This document shows positions 36,586 through 49,489 of a stretch of 64,000 nucleotides of DNA, piece by piece. The DNA is taken from NCBI GenBank assembly GCA_965645245.1, contig OZ287077.1, positions 1,736,001 to 1,800,000 on the forward strand. The letters are read 5' to 3'. Both the position numbers and the translations under genes were made by a program. This DNA comes from Massalongia carnosa (taxonomy: Eukaryota). The notes below the pieces were generated by a model. That model was not told where the DNA came from. It saw only the letters and a list, made by a program, of their open reading frames with translations, and did no database searches. The stretch's first letter is position 1. The number at the start of each line of letters is the position of its first letter.

Positions 36586-39500
36586 TCATGTCCCCCCCAA
36601 TATCCTGACCATCGCGCCTTTCCTACCACCTTCTTCAACCAAGAACTCGCGCGCCATAAGCACGCTTTCCACCGCCTCCATTACGCGGCCGAAACTCGAT
36701 TTGGCGCCGTGTTCCTGTGTAAAACGCCCGAGAGAGAGATTGGCCTTGCGGCCGTGGTGAAGGACGGTGAAGAGCTCGACTGCTAGGGAGACAGATTTGA
36801 TGTTGAGGGCTGATATTTGAAATTGAGATGGAGTTAGCGTGGGCGGGTAATTCTCATCGAAAGTGAGGAAGAAATGCAGGGGTGTGGCGCTGATGAAGAA
36901 ACAAACAATGTTCGGGAAGAAAGCGAATAACTTCAAGAGAAATAAGAAGAAAGGAATGGTCTTACAGTTCTTCTCCGCCACCCTAGCCCATATCCTCCCA
37001 GCGTCCTTCTCAACCACGATATCCCGTATTCCATATTTCCTCCACTCGCGAAACAACCCTGCGACTTCCTTCCTGGCGCGCACTTTGGAGACCTGGAAGC
37101 AAAGAACAGACACCGCGGGCTTGATTCGAAGGAAGCGCGCAAGCCAGTTTTGGTGTTGAGGTTGGATCATTCGTGGAGGTGGTTGCTTGGTTGTTGTCGC
37201 CTTATCTAGCTTGCTGCTGTTGCTATTGCGTTGGCCCCGAGACACACTGGTCGTGCTAACGTTCTTAAGAGCACCAGTCATATAGGCATGATGGTTGTGC
37301 AACGATGTGGTGGAAGTAGCCACGCTCGCGGTGTCGTTGAGGTCATAATCTGTAGGCAGAAGGCGTTAGTTTTAATCATCAAAGCTACGCTGAACTGCTT
37401 ACCTTTAAATCCTCTTTCTGAATGCTTCGGTTCCTTTGGCTCACGCTTGCTAAAAATTCTGAAGAATCGCCCCTTTCCGCTCGCCGCTTTTTTGGTTTCG
37501 TTTCCCCAGGATTCGTCACTTGGTGCATCGCTTGCCCTCTTGCTGGCTTTCACGTTCTCATAATTTTGTAACGGTTGTTCCTCCTTGTCTGGTAGTGGAG
37601 GAGCTTTCTGGCTATCTTGACTGCGCTGAGCTCGATCGTGACGACGGAACCACCCCCGCTTTTTCCCTTCACCCACCAACGTCTTCGAGTTTATCAGGTC
37701 TTCGTTCTCCTTGTCTTCAACCTCTTCAATTGGCTCTAAAGATTTTTCTAGAAGACCAAGGCCAGCGGAACGTCGCTCTCCTCCCTGTAGACGGTCGAAA
37801 GGTCTTGGTTCTTCGCCATGATATAATTTCTCCCTCGACCTTTGGCGCTGAGAAGGCTTTGTCGAAGGGTTGGAGGATCTGCTCTTTTTACGTATAGTGA
37901 GCGGTTTGGTAGGTGATATTGGCTTCTCCTTTCCATGTTCATCTATGAGCCTTACGGTTGCTCTACTATCTAAATCTCTGCGATGACCTTTTGAAACAGG
38001 CTCCGAAACGGTACGGAGACCAAACGGTCCTCTTGCAAGTAGCATCTCGAACTCATCCTTACTAGGCTGTCTCGTTGGCTCATCAGGAGTTGACACGGCC
38101 CGTCGATCTTGGTCGTTGGCTCTTGTAGTACTCGGTTGCATCAACCTGTCCAAATGCGCTATTACATCGTCGAAGCAGCCTGGGTTCGAAACCACGTTTT
38201 TATCTGCGGCTCGCTGCTTAAGGAGAGCTCTAGTCTTAGCGAGCTCACGGTATGTAAATGATCCAAGATGTTCAAAGGACGGAGGAAGCGGTAGTGGGCG
38301 ATTCAAGTATGAGCCTTCGCCATCCTTTTGTCTCCCAGCATGTGAAGCATTAGAAGATCTGCGTGATTCCCCGTGAACGCCCAGCGACGTCGCTGGAGAA
38401 TGGTAGCTTTGATCGAGCGGTTCCGTGGGCGCTGTGGTACCTACAGTGGAAGTCATTGAAGCTCGGTTAAATGCTTCATCACAAACTTTCTCAATTTCGC
38501 TGCTGAACATCCTTGCATCTTCCTTCCAATAATGACTTTCTGTTTTCTTGTTTCGCGCCGCAGATTCCTCGACTGATCTTGCAGGATTCTTGCGCCATCG
38601 GATAGTTGGAGGTAGATGTGGGGGGCTTTCAGCTGCAACGAGCCCTGGAGAAGCTTCTTTTGAGCCCTCCTGATGATATTGCTGCTGAAGCGTTAACGGC
38701 GAAGCATCTCTCTGTTTATCAAACCGTAGATGGTGAGCACTAGTAGACCGTCTCCTTATATGGGCGAAACTGACACCTCGCTTGTAGCTCATTGACGTAC
38801 GAACAGCAGCACTACTGGACAAAGAGCGTCTAGAGCTACAACGTGAAATAGGTCGCTCAATAGCCGCAGAAGTCATCTGAGTTTTGCTGACACTAGGCAT
38901 CGGCGGCGGAGAGCTAGCAATGCTATATACATCGGCTTGTTGAACCCTTGCAACGGCCGGATTTCGCGCAGATGCTTTACTCGTGGCCCGTCGATGCGGT
39001 GAGCCGTTTGATGAGCGCTGCTTGTGGGAATTACTTAATCGTCGAAGCACCGTGACTCTCGCGTGGTCTGCTGCCTGCGTTTTTGCCATTTGATTTCGAG
39101 AAGTTCTAAATGGATCGTAACTTTGCTCCATTTCGGCTACAATGGGTTTTCTCTGGTTGCCCAGGCCCCTCGGTGGATGAGTTTCATCTAGAATGGAGTA
39201 TTGGGAGACAGGTTGACGACTCCCTAATCCTGGACCTTGAAGTGAGGCCAGGGTTGACGAACGGCGCACAGCTTGGCGAGGAGCGTGATGATAATCGCTA
39301 ATAGAATATTCGATGGGAGGCCCTTGATAATTTTCTAGCTGATCGTCGCGAAACCTTAACAGCTTATTGTAAATAACTTTTTCAAAGTTCGGCCTAGGCT
39401 CGGGTCAGAGCTATCAGCCATACGTTTGACATGAAGCAACAAAACTCACTCGTCGCTCATCAGGCTTTGAACCAGCTCTTCTTCAGTCACCGCGTGCCAA

Positions 39501-40860
39501 AGATTCCGCAGATTTCCTAAAAGTTCCTTATCGATATTGGCGCGGTGTTTAATTGGCACACCACAATCTTCGACGGTGAGAGGCGCTGGAGGTCCGATGT
39601 AGGGGTCGCCATTGGCATCCATGCTATCAAGGTTTTCGTATTTCTTGAGAAGCGGATGCTGCCACATTGAGCTCATTGCTATGCGACGCTTCGGATCATA
39701 CTCTAACATCTTGCTAATCAAGTCCTTCGCAGTTGATGACACACCATTGGGGAACGTGTATTGCCCAGCAAGCACAGTCGCGATGACCTCAGGATAATCC
39801 CCATCACTATCAAAAGGGAGAGTGCCGGTTAACATCGCATATAAAATAACCCCACAAGACCAAACGTCAGCTTTATCGCCTCTATAATTCTGACCCCTGA
39901 TAACTTCAGGAGAAGCGTAATGGGGACTGCCACAAGATGTGTTCAGCCACTTATTTGCTGGCTGCAGGGCAGCCATTCCAAAATCGACAATCTTAATGTT
40001 TCGATGGCGGTCCAGGAGGATATTCTCTGGCTTCAAGTCTCGATGACAGATATTGAACCGATGGCAATATGAAAGACCAGATATCATCTGACGAAAGATA
40101 CGAACAGCTTCCGCCTCAGGGAGGCGCCCATTTTCGTAGATATGATGGAACAACTCGCCGCCTTCTATATACTCAAGCACAAGATACCTAAAAGCATGTA
40201 AGTCATTGGATGTGGTGAAACACCGATAGTAGAGCCCACCTACAGTTCGCCTCGGTTTTCCCAAACGTCATAGAGACTTATGATATGTGGATGTTCTATC
40301 AACTTCATAATTACAACCTCCCGCTCAATCCCGAAAGGAATCATCCGCCTTCCTCCTTGTAGGGATACCTCTGATCCGATCATAGTATCTAGATTAGCCA
40401 AGCTCTCGGTCCGGAGCTTTTTCGCCACGTTCTTGCTAACGATCTTGATTGCGGCATCTTGGCCCGTTGACGCATGTCGGGCTTTTCTCACTCGTCCAGA
40501 TGAGCCTTTGCCCAGTGTACGGCCGAGCCTCCATGGTCCAACATGAGTCTTGCGCCTAGGCTTTCCCGATGCGGTTGTAGATGTTGTAGAGATCTGTGAA
40601 TCACGGTTTGAACTCTTCTGCTTTTCATTCGTGAGTGCTGACAACCGTTTGTCCTCAATAATTAAGAGTGGAGATAGAGAGTTATTTCGTATTTGTAGAT
40701 TACCTCCAGGTTTCAATGATTCATGATGGGGTATCCTTGGTGGGGAGGGCGAATACCGGTCTGAAGCAGGCGGTAACGATTGGTTATTGACCCAGGTTGT
40801 TGCGTCCCTTAGCGGCTGACGACGTGGAGAAGGTCTTGCTCGAAAAGCTTGTGGATCCAT
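36586..40860 (-). CDS. Nim1-family Ser/Thr kinase (Hsl1/Gin4/Cdr2 type)
   Basis: Predicted exons 40860-40244, 40187-39450, 39393-37403, 37349-36966, 36809-36586. VGPWRLGRTLGKGSSGRV, AAIK, PFGIEREVVIMKLIEHP, HRDLKPEN, DFG, TSCGSPHYASPE; C-terminal QNWLARFL...GAKSSF region resembles a KA1-like domain. Confidence 0.9.
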
Positions 40861-43005
40861 CTGGTGCTCTCCGTAGGATAATGAAGACTTTCCACAGCGC
40901 TATTTCCACTTACCAAAGGCTGCTCGGTTTTGCTTGGCCTTGATATATTCAATCAAGATACATATCCTAGAATAGCACGTTCGCTGTCCTCGTACACGAT
41001 CACCAAGGTTGACATAGAGATTGTAGCGAACCCTCCAATTGCAATGACCGACTTTGATAAACACGGTCGGAAGAATCGCGTTGTAGCAACCAGGAGTGGG
41101 TGATTGGAGGTACTCGCGGGATGCTGACAAGATATCAGAATTTGGGCTAAGACCCTCAGGTGAATAATTGAACGAGAGAAAAGCCCTACGTTAATAGGAA
41201 TGCTTGAGGATGCGTTCTTGTAGCACCGATACTCCGAGGGAGACCAACTATCTAGCTAATCCTTCCTGCTCGCTGACTGTTTCTTGCTTTGGATAGGTAC
41301 TTCCAAACGGTTGAAGCTGCCCTCTGGAAGGTCTGAGCTAATAGCGTGAGGGAAGCAATGCCAAGCAGCAAACGAAAGAGAGTAGTAGTTACAAGGTATG
41401 AGAGCTCCAACGCAAAAGGTACCAATTAGCAATTGGAATGCTAGATGTGAAGGTGTAATTGTTTTTGCCCACTGTTTGTTTGGTTGTCATGGGCGCAGGA
41501 CCCCCCTAGAATGCAGCCGCACATCAAAGAAGAAACTAACCCAGGGGTACACACCAAAAGAGATTGTGAAGTCCATCACTGTCACTTGACGATAATGAAC
41601 GTTGATAACTTAGAGGGCCCGGCAGATGAAGTTTGATGGGTAACCTTTCGCGCACCTTTTCTTCAGAAAAGTACATTTGCAATTCAAAACCTCCCGATAC
41701 TACCTTTAAGACTGCAGCTTTTGATTGCTCGCCCCTTGTTGACTGGTTTGACGTTTTCTTTAACGGCTCCATGAGTTCCATGGAAGTAATCAGATACTCA
41801 TCACAGGTCACAGCACATTATGTGACTCCCCTTCAAGGTGGTACTTTAGCACACCCTTAAAGATGGCTTAACATATACCAGTTTGTTTTCCAAGGCAGTT
41901 ACAAGTGGCCGTCCTCACCGAGGGGCTTTGATGTGTGGAATGCTATCAAGGGCATGACACCGAACAGACGACAACGTTTTCTGGGAATAGGTAGGTATCC
42001 ATTCTAGCCCAACCAGCAAGTCATAACTAACCGGCATCGAGGCAACGTCTTTTGCAATTTCTCTGGTGACTGCGGATTCAATGGAACAATACAAGTACTA
42101 GGTGAGTGCTACTACTTCTTCCTCTGCCATCGACGGTCGTCGTTACCCAAAGTTACTCGGCTATGCAGAACGTTGATTAAGGTGATTACCCCTGTCAACG
42201 ATCGTCCTACCGAATTGAATTCTCCTAGACCGCTCATTTTTCACTGCGTCTTTCGCAAAATGCCTCTTTGTTCAATAATGCTCATATGTTTATGTTCAGT
42301 CCAGGTCTTGGAGAATATTCAGAAAAGAAGAACCAACGAAGCGCGCTTGTATTTATTGATGGCCTACATGCCTGCTCTATTTATTATTCAGACACTGCAA
42401 TTACCAATCGACTCGTCCGTTAAGGTTAGGAGCCATATTTCTTCGAAACTCGGCCACTCTTCAGTCAAAAATGTGCTCGTTGGCCGGATCAGCGCGTTAC
42501 GCGCCGTCCTATATCCTGATAAGTGTTTCCGCTGATCAAATGAACGATAAACGAAATCTCAAAGGGGTATCAAAGGAGTGCTGGCACCCTTTAGTTACAA
42601 ATCGCTTTTCTGCAGAAGCCAGCCTCGGCAAACACCAATAGCCAAACGGAAACATATACCCAATTCCAACTCGATATAGACAACTTCTCCATCACGTATT
42701 TTGTCCAGTTCAAGAAACCTCCAGGTAACCCCCCCCCCCCCCCCCCCCCAATAAAACCCACAAGTGGTATCTAGTCAAAAAGTTTCACAGTCCAGAAGTG
42801 AAGACCCCGCCCATGAGACCCGAACACCTTGCAAGGCTATGAGCGTCGAAACCCACATTTACACATTAACGTTTCAGGTCGAATCCCTCAAGCTATCGAG
42901 GCCCCCAAGGAACGACCGAACCGACCCTCCCTCTTGATCCATGCGCCTGATCCTAGCCCTATCATTGATACATCACCAAAGGGCTGATAAAGATTACTCG
43001 AAAGA

Positions 43006-44437
43006 TTATAAGGAATTAGCAGATGTTGGGTTCTCATCTGTGTCGCTACTCATGACCTCGGACTTATCGATCGGGGACATGGAGTCTCGATGCTTTGAGT
43101 TTGAAGTCGAAGGCTGGTTCTTGCCGCAGCCCTTGACAAGGATATGGCGCTTCAAAAGTCAGTTAGCCAAGGGAAGCGACAGCCAACAGCATGGCTAAAC
43201 TCACCTTGAGAGCATCTTTTCGTGAGAAGCTTTTTTCACAATGCCCGCAAGGAAACGGCTTCACAGCAAGATGTATTCGTTTGTGTCTTTTCAAGTCATG
43301 GTTTCGATTGAAGCTTTGTGGACACTGATCACACTTGAAAGGTCTTTCGTTATGTGGGGTCGGCGGGGGAGCCCCGTACATTTGCTGCATCTGAGCACTA
43401 TGCCCACTATTAAACCCTGACATCATATTTCCGGAAAGCGCATGGTTGGGGGATGTGCCAATCATGGTCATCTGTCCACCAGGGCTATGCACATTGGACA
43501 TTATGGGACCCGCCATGGCAGGTCCATTCATGGCCGGTAACGAGTACGACGAGTAAGGACGAACGAACTGATTTCCTTGTTGCATTGTGGCTGGCTGTTG
43601 AAGACTCGGGGTTTGGTTACCATTTGACGGCATCCTTGACCCTTGGGTCGATGCGCTCATCGGACTTTGCTGGACCGGCGAAGTGGTTTGAAAGGTTGGG
43701 AAATGCGTTTGTTGTGGTGTCGATGAGGGCTGTGAGCCAGCAAAATATGTAGGGGTTGGAGGTGGCCTGTTAAGATATGGGTCGGGGGCGTTTACGGGCG
43801 AAGGTTGCGGGTTGGCAGCAGACGCAGGAGTTTGTGCGTTCATGTATGCTTGCGCAAGAGCTTGCTGATGGGAAATGGCAGGGAGGTTGGCAGGAGCGGT
43901 CATGGACATCGAGGTCGGAAAGGGAGGTAGCTGGTTGAAATCATATGGCGGCGGCGGCAAACCGTCCGATACTGTTGGAGAGTTTGAGCTGTTCCGCACC
44001 AGCGAGCCCAGCGATGGCGAGAACAAGCCACGAGAGGGAAAGAGCGGATTCAACGGCCCTTGACCCCATGGCTGGGGGGTTGTGCCAGTCCCAAATGCAA
44101 AAGGCGTCGTCCCTGTGGCTTGACCAGGCCAGTAGTTTGTTGGCGTATACGGTGGCAGCCCTTGAGCGGCTGCTGCGCTCACGCTATTTACGCCAGAGGA
44201 TAACGGGCTGAGACTATCCCCGGGGATATTGGTTGGTGGCGTCAGAAGATTGCCTACACTTATGGTGGCTGGCGCATGCTGCGTATTAATGCTCGTTGTA
44301 TTAATGTTGCCAAAAGGAAGATACTTTTGTGTTAACTGTTGTGGCGGTGGTAACTCGAAGTTTGGCAGATTTGAAGCGGCCGACCGACGGGCTGTTAGAC
44401 TTGACCCCACTCCAGATGGCTCCAGGTTTGAAGTCAT
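43006..44437 (-). CDS. C2H2 zinc-finger transcription factor (two fingers; P/Q/S-rich N-terminus)
   Basis: First in-frame ATG at 44437 (MTSNLEP); exons 44437-43205 and 43149-43006. RPFKCDQCPQSFNRNHDLKRHKRIHLAVKPFPCGHCEKSFSRKDALK|RHILVKGCG. Confidence 0.9.
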
Positions 44438-46275
44438 CCCAGAGTGTTGCACCGGAGCATTTGACGTGTTGTACTGGCCTTCTCGATTCTGCCCGGGGGG
44501 TTTGAAGACATCCGTTTCCGCGGTCGGTGGTGTTGGCAGAGTGGACGAGGGTGGAATGGAGCCAGCTGGAGTAGACGCGGTCGCACCAGGCCAAAATTGG
44601 CCTGCCTGTGCGGCCTGGCTGCTTGAGAAATCCAGGGAGGGCAACCTGTATCTAAAAGCCGAAGCCGGCGTTGTTGGTTCAAGCTGACGGGGAGAGGATG
44701 CCCGAGCTGGCAGGATGCTCGGCCACGGAAAGTATTCTCGTGCTGGAGGCAGCGTGAGAGTAGCCGTTTTGTCAAAAACCTCGAGTATTTGGGGAACAGA
44801 ATCCCTCCAGCTACCACTGGAGACTTTGTTTAAATTCCGTCCACTGACTCCTCTTGACTATATTTATTATCCGCGTAATCACTCTTCCAATCGAGTGCGG
44901 ACCGCCCAAGGATGCCGGGTAGCTTGGGATGGCTTCAAGGTCGCTAACGATACTCTCGGCTCATTGGTTTGAGATCTGGTCGGAGGAATGCACGATTAAC
45001 GACTTCATGCAAAGGTCCGTCGGCTGAACGTATGTTGATTCACAAGGCAAAATAAAATGCATGGGAAAGCCTATCAGGTCAACGAAGCTTTACCATTCAC
45101 CCCCTTCAGATTCCTTTCGACTGGACGGAGGTATCGTTTTAGTCCTTGTAGTTGAGGTATCGAGGCGCGCAGAAGTACACTTCACGCACGAGTGCCAGTG
45201 TTCGGGTGGGTTGCTGGTCAAACTCGGGTGCTCTCAAGCGTCGAAGGTTGATCGGCGAGAGAAGCAGCAGCGATACGCGGGTGATGCCCGGTGGATGTGT
45301 TTTGCAGCAAGATAGCAGATGGAGTCGCGTTGTACAAGCGAGATCGTGGTTGACAGCAACAGTGAAAGCAGTTCTCAAGCAAGGTACCTACCTACTTCTG
45401 TTTGACAAGTTGAGTGGTTGTTGTCGGTCCCAGGTGTCTCTTTGTCAAGCAAGATGCGGGCTGGCGCCGGAAGGCGGTTTTGATGGCTGCGTGCGGGCCT
45501 CGCTGGCTTATTATTTAGTATTTTAGTGTTTACCCCTCGGACGGTAGAAAAGTTACAAATTCGGTAACAAAGAGTAAAGTAACAAAAAGGTAATGTAAAA
45601 TAGTGCCGAAACTAAAATATGCGTCAACTTTCGGGCTGCTTTAACACCAAACTCGGAGCCTTGGAACGCCGATATTCCTATTGGGTTCAGAACCGATCAA
45701 GACCACTTGTCGTCAGCAATCCCTCAATCCCTTGGATCGTTAAAAAAGCATTAACGAAGCCGGTGAAAGGGCAAGTGGGAATGGGTTGGGGCGACGAAAA
45801 TGAGCAAGCAGTAGTGGGAGAAGGAGACATGGAAGGGTTGGAATTGTCCCATTAGGCATCCGATTTTGAACTAGTTAGTAGAGGGTACGGTGGTTTTATT
45901 CAATTCAATACCTAAGTCTGAGTGAGCGTTTGGATTTTCCGAGTTGAGCTTGGGCATTTGGTGACATAAGACGATTGGCTACGATTTAATGCTATTTCTG
46001 CTTCGCGGGACACCATTCAAGCTCAAAAACTTTTCACATACTTTAATACCTTTCCCAAACAAGAATGACATTTATCCAATATCTGATGGAATGGGGAACA
46101 CTATTTCTTTGTACAACCTGCCTACCAAGTAAAGTCGTATTCTCGATGCTTGATGGTCGTACCCCTGAGACTCCCTTGTCTGTTGCACATTGTGTTTGGG
46201 GATTGAGAGGATAGATTGCGCCCATCTCGAACCACTCTCCCGTAATTGTTCGCAACGAGATTTCTTCGGAGCAAC

Positions 46276-49200
46276 TACTCTGTACTCCCTACTCTGCCTG
46301 TAGCCCAATGCAACGACACTCGTAGCGATGGGCAAGGGCGAAAGGGATACTACAAGGTAAAGCGGGAACATGAGCTAATTCATAAAGGAGTCGTGCTAAA
46401 CCTAGCGGGGTGATTCGAGAGTCACCGCATGGTTCCATGGCTGCGGGACGGCTTGGTTTTTTCTGTCGTTGGGGGATGTGGGATTGGTTCCGGCAACCAG
46501 AGCAGGGCGCTAGTCGACCAGTCCGGCCGGCACAAAAAGATGATGGTTCAAAAACGACTCAGAGCTTCCCATCACGATTGGTCCGAATCCGGGCAAGTGT
46601 GAACTGTGCAGTCTCCTGCATGCATGAGATGAGGAACAGGGGTACATCAGCTTCTCTGCTCAGGTTACACGATCCTAGGGCCGAGTCCAGGCTTTGTTCG
46701 TCGCTCTTGGGAGGATGTACGGAGACAAAAAGGCATATCCCCGTTAGCAACCCTCACGATCGCCATGCACAATTATCAGGCTGTTGGGGCGCTTAATGAG
46801 GCAAGCAAAGGAAGAAAAGGTCTTTAAGCACCATCACCACAAGACGACTTGCACTTGATCGGACGATCCTCGATGTTTCATCATCTTAGACGGGATCTCT
46901 CGACAGCGCGGCTTAAACAATCGAAACGTCTCAATGCAGATAGATGCCTCTTTAGAGCAATCATAGAGAAGAGCTGAAAAGACAGTCCAGCAGACTTTGC
47001 CGAGCAGATCCTACATGTTTACTATTACGTCCTTCGTGTTCCGTACAATAGCGAACAGAAGATGAATGGGTTGCTGTGTTAACACCGACCGGAGGAGAGG
47101 CTCCGATCGAAGTAGGTACATGTCCATATTCTGCATGATTGCGTAGGTACTCTCGTGGTATGGACTACTCCTGTAGTGATAGCTTACAGTGTGCAAATGA
47201 ATCTGTATCGAACACTCTGTATTGAATAGGTATTCAAAAGCTCTAGACATGCCGGTAGTTGCCGTAAATAGTGCTTGCATAACTAGGGATCCAACTCTCC
47301 AGCCAATCATCTCGCTGGTAAGCAACTAAGCAATCGCCAAAAGACTTCACGATTGCGACTTCGGATCCGACCGAGCGATCAGGTCCTTTGGCTTCCACCA
47401 AGTGGAACGCCACTGCTGCTTTGGACACATTTGGCATACGCCTTGATCGAACAAACATTGTTCGGTCTCTCAGTTCGTCATGTCGCCAAGCGTCGGTACA
47501 TACCCTTGGGTTGAAAAGACCCGCGGGTCACTCGAGCGCCTGCTCTGCCAAGCTCCATCAACCTCCAGAGTGCCTGGTTGTGTAGGGTTCTGTACTCGGT
47601 ATCCCTTTGGTCGCATCATCTACAGTATCGACTCAGCGAAGAGGAGAGAAAGGAAAAAATCGCTCATATCGGACCAGTAGCGATCTCGTCCAATCGTTTG
47701 CTCGGATAACCGAGCCCCTTAGCCCGATTCCAACAATCTGGGCTCTGGGAATGGAGTGTGGGATCGCCTCATTCTGGTGCCGGAAGGCTGCAGATTAAGA
47801 TGTGAGATTGGCTGTTTTGGCTGTTTTGGCTGTTTTGGCTTCGCTTTTCATCTTGACATGCATGCAAGATATTCCGGACAGACTCGACAGAACACTCTGT
47901 ACATAGCTCATGATTCGCAATATATCGGCCCTTGAATACGCAATGGCCCTTAGTTCTCCACTTGAGATGCGAAAGAGACGTAGGTTACCTCAGTTAAGTT
48001 GTGTATGGGATAGCTTTCTCATTTGCCCTTCGGAAAATGGAGACATGCCGCTCTTGTGGAACCCCAGTACTCTGTGCTTCTGGCTTTTCAATATGCACAG
48101 TCAGAAATATGACGATTCCGACTGTTCAAAGTCACGAGGTAAAATCCAAAAATCCAGGGTACGGAGTATGTACACTGCAGAGTGAGAAAACCTTGGGGCC
48201 AAAGCTTCTTGCACTGAGCTCTGGTGTACTCTACACAGAGTACGAGTACACCCTATTGGATCCGATTTGTCTCTTCCTACCGGAAGATTTTGACTCTCCT
48301 CCCCCTGCCGATGGAGGGTAACGAATCACATTGTCTTATTTTAGTAAGCTTAGTGATCCTTTCATGTACAAATCAATCTGACGTTCCTTTGGAAAGATGC
48401 CGTCGGCATTTCTCTCAATGCGAACCGCACCACCCCAAACGGGCCAAACGGGGCCAGCCTCCCCGATAAGCAGGTACTAGCCTCGCACTCTATGAGTGAA
48501 GGGAACTATGCCTGGTGCCAGAACTATATTCTCTTTCATGGTAATCCTTACTCAAACGTTTGCAACAAGGGAAAGCACTCAATCCCATCAACTCTGTTCC
48601 CCCCCAAAGACGAGGTCCGACCGCACAACCCCTCCCCCACTTGCACAGACAGACACCAAATGGCCCCCAGCTGAGAAGGAAAGACCTAACCAATGAACCC
48701 CCACTTCCTCCCAATGACCGCATTCACGTGCGGAGGACATTCCTTGCACAGAGTACAGAGTACAGAAGCATTCCGTACCACCCTCAATGCTTCGTGATCC
48801 ACGATCCACGATCCCCCGCCGAACCAACGCGCTCATGTCTAGCCTGTCCCACCTAATGCTTGCAGATAACCGCATTCACCTCCTTCCCCTTGGAATCCGA
48901 AAACAATTCCCACGTGTCTTGCCTGGCTGGCTGGCTGGCTGGTGTCATTCGCTTGCTAGACAGACGATCTCCATGCGTAAGAAGTACAGAGTACATAAGG
49001 TAACATACGTGCGTGAGAATGGCCCAGAGAAATCCAGCAGACAGGTAGCACAGAGTAGAACAGAGTAGAGATTTGCTCAAGTTCCGAGACTTGCTTGGCT
49101 TGTCAAGATCGCAGCATCTGGACCACCCCATCGGCTCGTACAGGACATGCGCGGTAGCGGCATGGTAAATGTCGGCCTTGCGATAGTTGAACAGAACTAC

Positions 49201-49489
49201 TGCGTACTTACTACAGTACAGCGTACTTACAGCGTACTCTGTACATTTGCCATACACACAGCACAGGATTGAGGTGGGGGGGTTCGGTTAAGCGGTTAGG
49301 CTGCATGCAGTCTGGCTCGGTAAGTAATCTATCTTCGTTTGTTGCTTTTTCGTTCCCTTTCGTTAGTTACTCATGCCTTCGGTCGAATGATACCTAATAC
49401 AGACAACGTGCGGTATCCTGCCCGAGAGGAACAGGGAAAAAGGCTGTGAATATGCGACCTGTTCACTTACAAACTTCCTCTACGGAGTA
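46276..49489. promoter_or_regulatory. Cluster of TAC(A/G)GAGTA motifs upstream of the C2H2 transcription factor
   Basis: Exact copies on either strand at 46276, 48160, 48754, 48985, 49235 and 49481. A regulatory function is inferred only. Confidence 0.4.
47808..47840. repeat. Tandem 9-mer (TTGGCTGTT) x ~3.7
   Basis: Read directly from the sequence. Confidence 0.85.

Noticed and set aside
42729..42749. Long C/G homopolymers (also near 36439, 51000, 51220, 63539)
   Set aside because: Simple homopolymers in UTR or intergenic DNA; lengths are unreliable and no function can be supported.
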